DNA of 60,959 nucleotides, the filler included, from Nitrospinae bacterium RIFCSPLOWO2_12_FULL_45_22 (lineage in GTDB: Bacteria; 2-12-FULL-45-22): NCBI GenBank assembly GCA_001803565.1. It is 4 parts of 4 records of this genome, joined end to end, with 100 filler letters (N's around TTAATTAATTAA, not from the genome) between each part and the next. Parts side by side here need not be neighbours in the genome. Positions count along the whole stretch, not along the records: positions 1 to 12,835 come from MHDQ01000290.1; positions 12,936 to 29,050 come from MHDQ01000291.1; 2 more parts are not named here. One strand, given 5' to 3'. The notes beneath the pieces are model-generated. The model did not search any database. It was not told where the DNA came from and worked only from the letters and a program-made list of their open reading frames with translations. Of the stretch, positions 8,638 to 18,069 are shown in pieces (position 1 is the stretch's first letter; every line of letters starts with the position of its first letter). The position numbers and the translations under genes are program-made.

Positions 8638-10017
8638 ATGGTAATAGATCCGAAGGTTATAGAAGCCGAAAGAGAGCTGGTAGCAAAAATAGATCAAGAT
8701 GAGATCCTGTTCAAGCCGATTCTTAGTACAGGTAAGGGTTTTTATCTGGTAGCAGCGGCCTTGTTAACTATCGTGGTGCTGGCAGCATATGCCTATCTTG
8801 CCCAATTCCGCTACGGGCTAGGGGTAACCGGGCTAAATACCCCAACTTATTGGGGTGTCTATATAACTAATTTTGTCTTCTTTATTGGCATTAGCCATGC
8901 CGGTACCTTGATCTCGGCTATCTTACGGATAGCCCGGGCCGAATGGCGCCGCTCTATTACCCGCTCCGCAGAGGTAATAACGGTGCTGGTATTATTCTTT
9001 GGAGCGGGGAATATTATTATTGACCTGGGAAGACCTGACCGGCTCCTTAATGTCATCTATTATGGCCGCTTCCAATCGCCACTGCTCTGGGATGTGGTCA
9101 GTATAACTACTTATCTTACTGCCAGCTCTATCTATCTCTATCTACCATTGATACCGGATATAGCGTTGTTGCGGGATAGGGTCAAGGGGATCCGGCACTG
9201 GTTTTATAAAGTCCTGGCCCTGGGCTGGCGAGGTACTGAGCGGCAGATCCACTGGTTGGAGATAGCGATTGCCATCATGGCGATCCTGGTTATCCCGATC
9301 GCGGTTTCGGTTCATACGGTAGTGTCTTATGTTTTTGCCATGACTATCCAGCCCATGTGGCACAGTGCTATCTTTGGCCCTTATTTTGTGGTGGGAGCTA
9401 TCTTTTCTGGTATCGCAGCCATTATAATAGCTATGGCTATTATCCGGCGAGTGTATCACTTAGAGGACTATCTGAGGCCAGTCCATTTTGATTATTTAGG
9501 TGTCTTACTTCTGGTTATGTGCTGCCTCTGGTTCTATTTTACCTCCTGTGAATATCTAACAGTGTTTTATGGCGCCGAACCTGTCCACCTGGCAGTCTTT
9601 TATTCTAAGATCACGGGACACTACGCACCCTATTTCTATGCCATGTTAGCTACCTGTTTTGTCATACCCTTTGCTATCCTGGCTAATGGTAAGACCCGCA
9701 ATGTGACCGGCTGTGTCATTGCCTCTATCGCAGTCACTATAGGTATGTGGCTAGAGCGGTTTACCATTGTAGTGCCGACCCTGGTCAATCCCCGCCTCCC
9801 TTATGAGCGTGGTATTTATATGCCTAGTTGGGTAGAGTGGTTCATTTTTGCGGGCTGTTTTGCCTTTTTTACTCTCCTCTATATGCTATTTACTAAACTA
9901 TTCCCTATTGTATCCATTTGGGAGATAAGAGAAGGTCGCGAAAAATCCCTGGCTGAAGTAGAAGAGAGGCTAAGGACGTATTTGCCTTTTAAAGAAGAAG
10001 TAAGCAGTAAGAAGTAA
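8638..10017 (+). CDS. NrfD/PsrC-family membrane subunit (QrcD/ActC-like)
   Basis: WGVYITNFVFFIGISHAGTLISAIL, DLGRPDR, SPLLWD, SVHTVVS, GMWLERF; about 10 TM segments. Confidence 0.95.
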   Translation: MVIDPKVIEAERELVAKIDQDEILFKPILSTGKGFYLVAAALLTIVVLAAYAYLAQFRYGLGVTGLNTPTYWGVYITNFVFFIGISHAGTLISAILRIARAEWRRSITRSAEVITVLVLFFGAGNIIIDLGRPDRLLNVIYYGRFQSPLLWDVVSITTYLTASSIYLYLPLIPDIALLRDRVKGIRHWFYKVLALGWRGTERQIHWLEIAIAIMAILVIPIAVSVHTVVSYVFAMTIQPMWHSAIFGPYFVVGAIFSGIAAIIIAMAIIRRVYHLEDYLRPVHFDYLGVLLLVMCCLWFYFTSCEYLTVFYGAEPVHLAVFYSKITGHYAPYFYAMLATCFVIPFAILANGKTRNVTGCVIASIAVTIGMWLERFTIVVPTLVNPRLPYERGIYMPSWVEWFIFAGCFAFFTLLYMLFTKLFPIVSIWEIREGREKSLAEVEERLRTYLPFKEEVSSKK

Positions 10018-10041
10018 GCAGTGAACAGTACACCGTAGAGC

Positions 10042-10143
10042 ACGCAAAAGAGGATATTGGGTCATTGGGTGACTACGTTATTGCGCCATTACTTAATAAC
10101 CTAATAACCCAATAACGTAATGACCTATCGAGGGTCTTTGCGT
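10042..10143. repeat. Octamer-periodic palindrome (family B); inverted copy at 60737-60837
   Basis: About 100 bp with ~6 differences from the reverse complement of 60737-60837; AATAACCT/AATAACCC/AATAACGT units. Confidence 0.9.
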
Positions 10144-10195
10144 GCTTTACGGTATAATTTTGGATTAACTTAGATGGGTCCAAGGGAGGAAGGGA

Positions 10196-11392
10196 ATGGG
10201 TATAGTTAAGATAGTTGTTGGTCTCATGACCATAATAGCAATTCTGTCATCACTTGCAGGAGCGGAGGATTATCGTCTCCCTAGCAATCCAGTTGAGGGC
10301 TCCCGGATCTTTATTAACAAGGGTTGTATCAAATGTCACGCCATAAAAGATGAAGGAGGGACTATTGGGCCTGATTTGGGCAAGGTGAGTATAGGTGGGA
10401 CCTTGCTGGATATGGCTGGTGTTATGTGGAACCATGCCCCCTATATGGAAGGGGTAATGAAGCAAGAGAAGATTATCTGGCCAGTATTATTGGGTGAAGA
10501 GATGGCCAGTCTTATAGCCTATCTCTATTTCGTGAACTATTTTGATGAGCCGGGTGATCCTGCAGTTGGCCAGGCCCTTTTTGTGAGTAAGGGTTGCATA
10601 AAATGCCACAGCATAAACGGTAGTGGTGGTAAAATCGGACCGGGTTTAGACAAATTTAAGCAGAATGCCTCCCCCATTGTTATCACTCAGGCCATGTGGA
10701 ATCACGGTCCCCAAATGTCAGCTAAGATGAGCCAGTTAGCTATTCAGCCACCGCAATTCCAGGGGAAAGAAATCATAGACCTATTGGCTTATATCAAGAC
10801 CCAGGCTAAGGGTAGGATTGCTGGAGGGACGGCTTATATGCTTCCTGGGAACCCCCAGGAAGGGAGAAATATTTTTGTAGAAAAGGGTTGTATCAAATGC
10901 CATGCCGTAAGGGCTGAAGGCGGTACCACTGGCCCGGATTTAGGAAAAAGGGCCACAGAACTATACCGTAGTGTTAATCAAGTAGCAGGCATCATGTGGA
11001 ATCATGGTTCTACTATGTGGGCTAAGATGAAGGAAAAAGGAATAGAAGTCCCCAAGTTTTCTGGTAAAGAAATGGCCGACCTCATTGCTTATCTCTACTT
11101 TATCCGTTATTTTGATAAACCAGGAGACCCGATAAAGGGCCCCAGGTTATTTTCTGATCGGTGGTGCATAAAGTGCCATAGCATCAAAGGGGAGGGGGGA
11201 AAGGTAGGCCCAGATTTAGCAAAGGTAAAGGGTATCTCTTCACCGGTAGACTTAGCAGCCATGATGTGGAACCATGTCCCGATCATATATAAGGAAACCG
11301 TTAAGCAACAGATCCCCTGGCCCCAGTTTCAAAAAGGAGAAATGGCCGATATATTAGGCTATTTGGAGGCGACGCAGGAAAAACCCAAGTAG
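10196..11392 (+). CDS. Periplasmic four-heme cytochrome c built from repeated monoheme domains
   Basis: Signal peptide; four CIKCH motifs, each followed by GP(D/G)L and MWNH. Confidence 0.9.
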   Translation: MGIVKIVVGLMTIIAILSSLAGAEDYRLPSNPVEGSRIFINKGCIKCHAIKDEGGTIGPDLGKVSIGGTLLDMAGVMWNHAPYMEGVMKQEKIIWPVLLGEEMASLIAYLYFVNYFDEPGDPAVGQALFVSKGCIKCHSINGSGGKIGPGLDKFKQNASPIVITQAMWNHGPQMSAKMSQLAIQPPQFQGKEIIDLLAYIKTQAKGRIAGGTAYMLPGNPQEGRNIFVEKGCIKCHAVRAEGGTTGPDLGKRATELYRSVNQVAGIMWNHGSTMWAKMKEKGIEVPKFSGKEMADLIAYLYFIRYFDKPGDPIKGPRLFSDRWCIKCHSIKGEGGKVGPDLAKVKGISSPVDLAAMMWNHVPIIYKETVKQQIPWPQFQKGEMADILGYLEATQEKPK

Positions 11393-11436
11393 GAGAGAAT
11401 AAAATTGCGGATTGCGGAATAAAGGAGGGCTTAAAT

Positions 11437-11694
11437 ATGGGTAAAGAAGAAAAGGTTATCCTTACGGTCCAAATGACTAGCCTAATCCTGTTCTATCTCT
11501 TTGGGGCCGGGGTAATAACCTTTGTCTTATCGGTAGTATATCGCTCCTGGATGAATAATGATGCCTGGGTGCATGCCATCGTCATAGCGGCGATTATAAT
11601 ACCCGTATTTTTGATCTTAACCTTTGTCGTTACTGTGATATTTGTGGTTACCATCAAAGAAGGCAGGGAGGTGGAGAAGGAGGTTAGGTTATGA
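11437..11694 (+). CDS. Small two-TM membrane protein
   Basis: Two hydrophobic helices; AAGGAGG RBS; stop overlaps next start (ATGA). Confidence 0.8.
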   Translation: MGKEEKVILTVQMTSLILFYLFGAGVITFVLSVVYRSWMNNDAWVHAIVIAAIIIPVFLILTFVVTVIFVVTIKEGREVEKEVRL

Positions 11695-12835
11695 GAATAG
11701 TCAGGAAAGTATTGGTCTTTTGGTTTTGGGCTACCCTTGTGCTGAGTCCCGCACTGTTAATAGCCCAGGAAGAGTCTTATATTCTGCCCGGTGATGCTAA
11801 GCAGGGCTGGCAAACGTTTTATACTAAAGGGTGTATAAAATGCCACGCCGTCTGGGGAGAGGGAGAAAGGATTGGCCCAGACCTCTCTCAAGCACCGGCT
11901 GGCCAGCATATGACTGCGGCCGGGCTAATAGCAGAGATGTGGAACCACGGCCCGGAGATGTGGGGAAAGATCACCACTAAAGGGGCTGAGCATAAACAGA
12001 TTACCCAGGGAGAGATGGCTGATATTTTCGCCTTCTTATATTTCATCCGTTATACGGATGAGCCGGGCGACCCGCCTAAGGGCAAAGAACTATTGACCGC
12101 CAAGAAATGCGCTGAATGCCATGGGATCGCTGGTAAAGGGGGAAAGATCGGGCCGGACCTGACTAAATGGTCTATGTATACTAATCCCATAGTCTGGGCC
12201 CAGATGATGTGGAACCATGCTACTAAGATGAAGGCCGAGATGGGGAAAAAGGGTATACCTTGGCCAGAGTTTAAAGGGAATGAGATGGTGGACCTCATTG
12301 CCTATATCAGAAGTATTAAGCCCGCCGCGGAAAAAGTCTACCTATCCCCCGGTGACCCGGCCGAAGGGAAGACCCTCTTCTCCCAAAAGGGCTGTATTAA
12401 ATGCCACGCTATACGGGGCAAAGGGGGTAAGAAAGGGCCAGATTTAGGAGAAAAAAAGGAATTCCCACCTACTTTGTCACAACTAGCCGGCCGCATGTGG
12501 AACCATTTTCCGGGCATGTGGGAAGAGATGGAAAAGGAAAAGGTCTCTATACCAGAGCTATCGGCTAAAGATATGGTCAGTATCACCGCCTATCTCTTTT
12601 CTGTTAGATACTTCGACCCACCAGGAGACAAGGAGAGAGGGGAAAGGGTTTTTACCGAGCGAAAATGTAGCCACTGCCATACCGTAGGAGGTAGGGCTAA
12701 AGAGACTATAGGGCCGGATTTGAGCGGTTTGCGGGGCAAAGTATCACCCATATTGCTGGCTACGGCCTTATGGAACCATGGTCCTGATATGTTCAAGCGC
12801 ATGAAAGAAGAAAACATCCGTTGGGAGAGGGCTAC
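11691..12835 (+). CDS. Second four-heme cytochrome c, paralog of 10196-11392 (cut by contig end)
   Basis: Signal peptide; CIKCH, CAECH, CIKCH, CSHCH, each with GPDL and (M/L)WNH. Confidence 0.9.
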
Positions 12836-12935
12836 NNNNNNNNNNNNNNNNNNNNNNNNNNNNNNNNNNNNNNNNNNNNTTAATTAATTAANNNNNNNNN
12901 NNNNNNNNNNNNNNNNNNNNNNNNNNNNNNNNNNN
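12836..12935. other. Artificial contig linker
   Basis: N run - TTAATTAATTAA (stops in all frames) - N run, 100 nt. Confidence 0.98.
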
Positions 12936-13197
12936 TATACCCTTGTGGGGTGATAATCCCCCCCCTACCTTGCCTTTTAGCGTTTTCAAGTTCTTTAATC
13001 TCTCTTTGAGAAAGATCTATCCCCATACTCCTTAGATTCCAGGGGGTAAAGATAGGGGTTTTTATTATTACCTTGCAATCAATCTTCCCTGTATTCCCCT
13101 GACCAAGACCATGTCCAATGACAGGCACTTCTCGCTGTCGTCGGGTCATATCAGGATCGAATCTTACAAAGTTATAGGGATTAATGAAAAAAGGCAT
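12936..13197 (-). CDS. Type III-D Cas7-with-insertion RAMP (TIGR03986-like), 5' fragment
   Basis: FINPYNFV start and GKIDCKVIIKTPIF RAMP strand; follows csx19; cut by contig end. Confidence 0.8.
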
Positions 13198-13784
13198 TAC
13201 CTTACCTCTCCTTCGTAAAGTTTCACGGGCCTATAGAACTTATGCTCGATTAACCTACCTTCCTGGTCTAAATCCCTCATAACATAACTGTATATAATAA
13301 GTCGGCATCTATAGATCTTTTTAGGGTCGCTTACCTTCAAAGGATAGGAGAGAAACCTTGGTATTTGTCCTTCATACCATTCATCGGGTTTATCGTTGGT
13401 GCTTTCCCCCCAGAGATAGATATCAATGGGGTCGTTTTTAGATATTTCTTTGGTATTTTCGTTGGGGAAGAAATCTTTTAAGGCTCCTAAAATGGTATCT
13501 TTATCGGTTAAGAGAAAGATGTGATAACTCTTGTCATGATGGCTTTCGGCTTTATGCCATCTGCATTCGGCCTCTGCTCCAAAAATCCTCACCTTATCCC
13601 ACACTTCTGGGGTAGTCTCTCCTCCATTGAGAACAATCCTTTTCTTGGTTTTATCATAATTAAAGAATTCGAAGAGAATGCGTGCAGCACTTTCCAGGAT
13701 AATGTATTGGAAAGAGGTTATGTCTGCCACTCGCTCAATAATATCATTGAGGCTATCTACATAATTAAAGGTCACCTTACTCAA
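13197..13784 (-). CDS. csx19: Type III-D Csx19-like protein
   Basis: Lies between Cas7 genes; VRIFGAEAECRW and YLWGE...WYEGQIP patterns. Confidence 0.7.
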   Translation of the reverse strand: MSKVTFNYVDSLNDIIERVADITSFQYIILESAARILFEFFNYDKTKKRIVLNGGETTPEVWDKVRIFGAEAECRWHKAESHHDKSYHIFLLTDKDTILGALKDFFPNENTKEISKNDPIDIYLWGESTNDKPDEWYEGQIPRFLSYPLKVSDPKKIYRCRLIIYSYVMRDLDQEGRLIEHKFYRPVKLYEGEVR

Positions 13785-14911
13785 ACTAGCTTATCCTCCG
13801 GTATGTTTTCCAAAAAATAGTCCTTACTCATTTCATGTGGTAAAGTGTAGACAGAGTTAATGAAGCCGGTATCATCTTCAGCACTCCAGAGCTTCTTTAG
13901 TTCACCGAAAAGGGCCTCCTTCTGCTCCGAAGTTACAAACTTATAGGTATGCCTGAAGCCATTGGATATAATGGGTGGACAATGGGAAAGGTTTATCTCC
14001 TCCGTGCCCATAAAATCCTTATGCCAATACCTATTATCATTTATCAGCTTGCCAACACCCATCAACTTCCCATCAGGTGGTTTGTATCGCCCAAAGTAGG
14101 TGATAGAGATTGATTCTATCTCACCTGATACCTTACCCAGGCCCCTTGATTTTCCAAAGCCTAACTTCACTATTTGATCCTTAAAGTCATCAAAGATGTA
14201 TCCCAGTAAGCCTAGTTGCCATAGTTCAAAGGTGGTAAGGAATATGTCGTTAAAACTGAAAACTTTATTCTCTTCTTCCACTTCATAGTTAAAGAGGACA
14301 CCTGACTTTGCACTACTGGTAAACCTATCTATCCCTACCCCGTGCCTCCTGGGAAGCCTTACAAACTGGTTGCTATAGGTAGGGGCACTGGTATAGTCAC
14401 TATAACCATCTGGAATCTCTATCCTACTTTTCAGAAAATTGCATCCGAAGAGTTTGCAGATCGGACAAGCATCCCTGTAAACTTTATAAGAATCCAGATC
14501 TTCCTTTATGTATTCCTTTCTCAGGATAAACTTATCAGAACAGGAAAGGTCGTCCCCAATGCTTGATCTTTTTGCTCTTCCCTGTTTATCTTTCTCTATC
14601 TTAGAAAAGGGATTGCAGGTACCATCAGTAGTGCCTTTAAGGGTTCTGGCAATCCTTTCTGCATAGCTCCTTATAACTCCTTTCAATGACGAGCCTGGAA
14701 TATAGGGTACAACCCTATCATTTCGCATGGTCCTTACAAATCCTATGGAAGGAAGGTCCTTTTTGTCTCTGACATTGTAAAATCGCATATAATCATTCAG
14801 GATATTTCTCTTTTCTAAGCTTTCAGAATCGAGATCTTGTTTTATTAATAATGGGCCTTCAGTCTTTATCTTAAAAACTATCCTACATTCATTGAGAGCA
14901 ATTTTAAGCAT
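13781..14911 (-). CDS. cas7: Cas7-group RAMP (Csm3/Csx7-like)
   Basis: PYIPGSSLKGVIRS, CPICKLFG, GVGIDRFT, G-loop LGFGKSRGLG. Confidence 0.9.
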   Translation of the reverse strand: MLKIALNECRIVFKIKTEGPLLIKQDLDSESLEKRNILNDYMRFYNVRDKKDLPSIGFVRTMRNDRVVPYIPGSSLKGVIRSYAERIARTLKGTTDGTCNPFSKIEKDKQGRAKRSSIGDDLSCSDKFILRKEYIKEDLDSYKVYRDACPICKLFGCNFLKSRIEIPDGYSDYTSAPTYSNQFVRLPRRHGVGIDRFTSSAKSGVLFNYEVEEENKVFSFNDIFLTTFELWQLGLLGYIFDDFKDQIVKLGFGKSRGLGKVSGEIESISITYFGRYKPPDGKLMGVGKLINDNRYWHKDFMGTEEINLSHCPPIISNGFRHTYKFVTSEQKEALFGELKKLWSAEDDTGFINSVYTLPHEMSKDYFLENIPEDKLV

Positions 14912-14923
14912 CTGACCCTCCTC

Positions 14924-15766
14924 TCACTTTATGTCCGGGAAAAAGGGCTTTAGGGAATTCTTGATAAAATCCTTTATGCCGATTTTATCTTCATCGGCTA
15001 TTTTCCCCTCCAGGAGATAACCTGCCACCTTTCTTTTGTCTCCTTTAAAGTCTATCATCGAGACCTTTGCACTATCTTCCGACTTATCTTCCAACTTGCA
15101 CCTACCTGTACCCCTGGAGGTAAGCCCCCCTATCCTTGTCCCGTCAAGGAGCTCCCTGAGACCAATAGCTGCAAGAGCCAAGTCTTTATCATTGGGGTTT
15201 TCAATGGCTATTCTGAGATTGAATGTATGGTTAACGGGTAAGACCTCATAGTCGTACTTCACCCCTTCTACTGCCGTTCCGGTATCCCTATCTATTCCTA
15301 CCCCATCTCTGATTTCCCTATCTTCTGTATATCCACTATCAGGGGTAAGGTCATCTACAAAGAATCTTGAACCGAGATAAGGAAAGCCAAAGAGGTGGCA
15401 GGTATCACAGAGGGGTCCTCCTACTCCTAAGTCGTTTCCATCCTTGGTCTTTCCAGTTGTTATAATACTCAAAATCTCATCTTCTTTATCCTTTTCTCTA
15501 AGGGCATTTTTAAATCTTTCGCTGCATTCATCCTGGCTAAAAAGCGTACAGGTCCTAAAAGGGCTGCCTAGGGCTTTTGCTATCCTTTCTACCGTGCTTC
15601 TGAAGACCCCTTTGAAGGAAGAACCAGGGATATAAGGTCTACCATCATTGTATCTCACAATGGTTGAGTCGGTTTCGGGTGAACTCTCCCCACTACCTAT
15701 ATGTAAGGGGGTAAGGAGTACTATTCCCCCTTCAATAATATATCTCTTCTCTAATTCCCGAAACAT
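14924..15766 (-). CDS. cas7: Cas7-group RAMP (Csm3/Csx7-like)
   Basis: TPLHIGSG, PYIPGSSFKGVFRS, CDTCHLFG, RDGVGIDRDTG, IGGLTSRGTG. Confidence 0.93.
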   Translation of the reverse strand: MFRELEKRYIIEGGIVLLTPLHIGSGESSPETDSTIVRYNDGRPYIPGSSFKGVFRSTVERIAKALGSPFRTCTLFSQDECSERFKNALREKDKEDEILSIITTGKTKDGNDLGVGGPLCDTCHLFGFPYLGSRFFVDDLTPDSGYTEDREIRDGVGIDRDTGTAVEGVKYDYEVLPVNHTFNLRIAIENPNDKDLALAAIGLRELLDGTRIGGLTSRGTGRCKLEDKSEDSAKVSMIDFKGDKRKVAGYLLEGKIADEDKIGIKDFIKNSLKPFFPDIK

Positions 15767-15787
15767 ATTATCTCTCCTTTTCTTCGT

Positions 15788-16174
15788 TTATTTTTTGTTT
15801 ATCTGGTACCATCCTGACAAATAACCCATAAATTCCCTAGTAAGGCTAAGCCAGACGATCTCTCTGTTTAGTTTAGGAAAGGAGTTCATTATCTCATTAC
15901 ACCAATTATCTATATTGTTCTCCAAAATTTCCTTTATCTGCTCTCCAAAATCTGTTGTTTTTTCTTTCCACTTTTTAATCTTGTCATCGAGGAACTCTAG
16001 GATAAAGGTCTTATCTCTTTTCAAGATAACTCGCTCTAGGCCTTTTATTTGGCTATCTTCTAATTTTTGATAAGCCTTTGTTTGTTCTATAATTCTTTTT
16101 GCTTCTTCTAAGAGGGTACCTGAAAGATCCGCCCTTTTCACCTTTATATTTATTATTAGCTTAGTATCTACCAT
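15788..16174 (-). CDS. Probable small subunit (Cas11/Csm2-like)
   Basis: 128-aa helical protein in the usual III-D slot between csx10 and cas7; the call rests on position. Confidence 0.65.
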   Translation of the reverse strand: MVDTKLIINIKVKRADLSGTLLEEAKRIIEQTKAYQKLEDSQIKGLERVILKRDKTFILEFLDDKIKKWKEKTTDFGEQIKEILENNIDNWCNEIMNSFPKLNREIVWLSLTREFMGYLSGWYQINKK

Positions 16175-17349
16175 AATTGAGTTCCTATATAATGGAAGGG
16201 ATGGCAGGAAATTATCTCTCCAAAACCTTCATTTTTTTTGAAGCCTATGCCTTCTTTTTCAATTTTTTCCAAAACTCCTGTGAGTTCATCTATCTCATTA
16301 TCTGTCAGTGTATTATTTGACTCGAATAGGAATACAGAGCCCTTTGGGATCACTATCTCGTTATCCTTAGGTAACCTCCAGGCAGCATTCCATCCTGAAA
16401 GGACTCGACTACCTGTATAAAAAAGCTTTAGGCTGAACCTTTTTAATATATTGTGCTTAAATCGTTTATACAGTTCATCATGGTCTATATAAGAAAGGTA
16501 TTGAAAATAGTCATTCATAATGATCACATCTGATTGAAGGTTAAGAGTGAAGTAGAATCTTTTTTCTATTCCAGCATTTCGTATGGCACGGTTTAATTTT
16601 TTAAGCCTATCACTTACACTATCTTCAGGGGGGAATGAATCTTCCTCTGAAATTTCTTCCAGCTCTACCAATCCCATCCCTCGAGTTCTTCCGGTACCGA
16701 GATAGAACTTCTCTCCTCTTTTGAGGTAGCTATCCAATTGAGTATCAGGCATGATTACAGGACCAATAAAATATTGGCCCTTTTCTATAGCCTCCTTACT
16801 ATAGAGGATCCCTGGTTTACTTGTTTGTAAAAGATCAGAAATCTCATTATGGGCTATCTCTCTCTTTTTCGCAGTAATAGTTTCGAAATGGTCTCCAACT
16901 TGACAATAAAATCCCCCTATTGCCTCCATAGGGGCACCACATTCCGGGCACTCATCCTCCATCTCACCGGTATATTCATACCTGAGGAACTCGATCAGAA
17001 AATCTTTTATGCCATGGTTTCGCCTGATGCCTTGTCTTTGTTTTTCAAAGCCTTTACTTGCCTTACATGTCCTTGAAGTGGCAGGAAGTATTTTAATCAT
17101 TATCCCCATTGGAGAATCACCCTCCGGGTAAAGGTTTCCGAACCTTACAGAATTGCCATTAAATAATGACATGAAGTCTATATCCACTTCGGGATTTGAA
17201 AGCTTCTTATCCCTTATGTATCTATTAGCTAGATAACCCCTCAAAACCGTCCCAGGAATATAATCTAGGGTTCGGTTTATATTGCCTTCATCCCTCATGC
17301 TTGAAATAGAGAGGGGAGATAGGGTCTTAACCCGTATGTATCTCTTCAT
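16168..17349 (-). CDS. csx10: Csx10 (Cas5-group RAMP), type III-D signature
   Basis: TLDYIPGTVLRG, Cys cluster (CKASKG...CPEC), two G-loops (LGTGRTRGMG, GIGFKKNEGFG), SGWNAAWRLPK. Confidence 0.88.
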   Translation of the reverse strand: MKRYIRVKTLSPLSISSMRDEGNINRTLDYIPGTVLRGYLANRYIRDKKLSNPEVDIDFMSLFNGNSVRFGNLYPEGDSPMGIMIKILPATSRTCKASKGFEKQRQGIRRNHGIKDFLIEFLRYEYTGEMEDECPECGAPMEAIGGFYCQVGDHFETITAKKREIAHNEISDLLQTSKPGILYSKEAIEKGQYFIGPVIMPDTQLDSYLKRGEKFYLGTGRTRGMGLVELEEISEEDSFPPEDSVSDRLKKLNRAIRNAGIEKRFYFTLNLQSDVIIMNDYFQYLSYIDHDELYKRFKHNILKRFSLKLFYTGSRVLSGWNAAWRLPKDNEIVIPKGSVFLFESNNTLTDNEIDELTGVLEKIEKEGIGFKKNEGFGEIISCHPFHYIGTQLW

Positions 17350-17359
17350 TTCTCTCTCA

Positions 17360-18064
17360 TTACTGGAGATTCCTTATAGATTCGGAAATCTCCTTTTCTT
17401 GAATCAGACTTCCATTTATTTTAGCCTCTTCTATTCGAGTCTCTATTACTCCAATACCTCTACTTTTTGCTCCTCCAAGCCTATCCATAAACTTTATGCT
17501 AGCCATTAGGAGAGCAAATTCGGCAGGAATAACCCCTTTAGGATTTTGAAGGGTTATTGTCCCATTTATTTTGCCCTTAAATACTAGCCAAGGGGAGCAG
17601 ACTTCGGTAGTAAAGAACCTCTTAGGTCTTGTGATCCTTAAAGACCGGCTAATCATATTGGCATTTCTCTTGTCTACCTGGAACATCTTTATATCATCTT
17701 CTGACAGGGGGATTAGAGAATCTTTATCTATTTCGGCATCATAAAAGTTGAATCTTCCTTCATGGAAAGGGGAACCAAAGATTTGGCATATGGCGCAGCA
17801 GTCTTCAATTCTTGCCTTCCTACAAGGGTTGTTCTGCCCGTAACAGGAAGAAGTTATTGAATACGTAAATATCATGGAAAGCTTCTCATAGTGATCCCTT
17901 AATCTGCCTTTGATAGAAGACCCAGGAATGTATACCAATCCATCCCTTTCCCTCTTATCCCGTATAGTAGTCTTATCAAGGATGCCAGTAAGCCCTACTC
18001 CTGTCCCGATATGGAGAGGGCTTTTAAGATGAATTAAAAACTCAATTTCTACTCTATAATCCAT
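17360..18064 (-). CDS. cas7: Cas7-group RAMP (Csm3-like)
   Basis: SPLHIGTG, YIPGSSIKGRLR, CAICQIFGS, LGGAKSRGIG. Confidence 0.92.
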   Translation of the reverse strand: MDYRVEIEFLIHLKSPLHIGTGVGLTGILDKTTIRDKRERDGLVYIPGSSIKGRLRDHYEKLSMIFTYSITSSCYGQNNPCRKARIEDCCAICQIFGSPFHEGRFNFYDAEIDKDSLIPLSEDDIKMFQVDKRNANMISRSLRITRPKRFFTTEVCSPWLVFKGKINGTITLQNPKGVIPAEFALLMASIKFMDRLGGAKSRGIGVIETRIEEAKINGSLIQEKEISESIRNLQ

Positions 18065-18069
18065 AGCTA

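Noticed and set aside
12836-12935. Apparent linkage of the cytochrome operon to the CRISPR locus, and TTAATTAATTAA as a motif (also 29051-29150, 42975-43074)
   Set aside because: Artificial linkers; ORF ends inside them are not real
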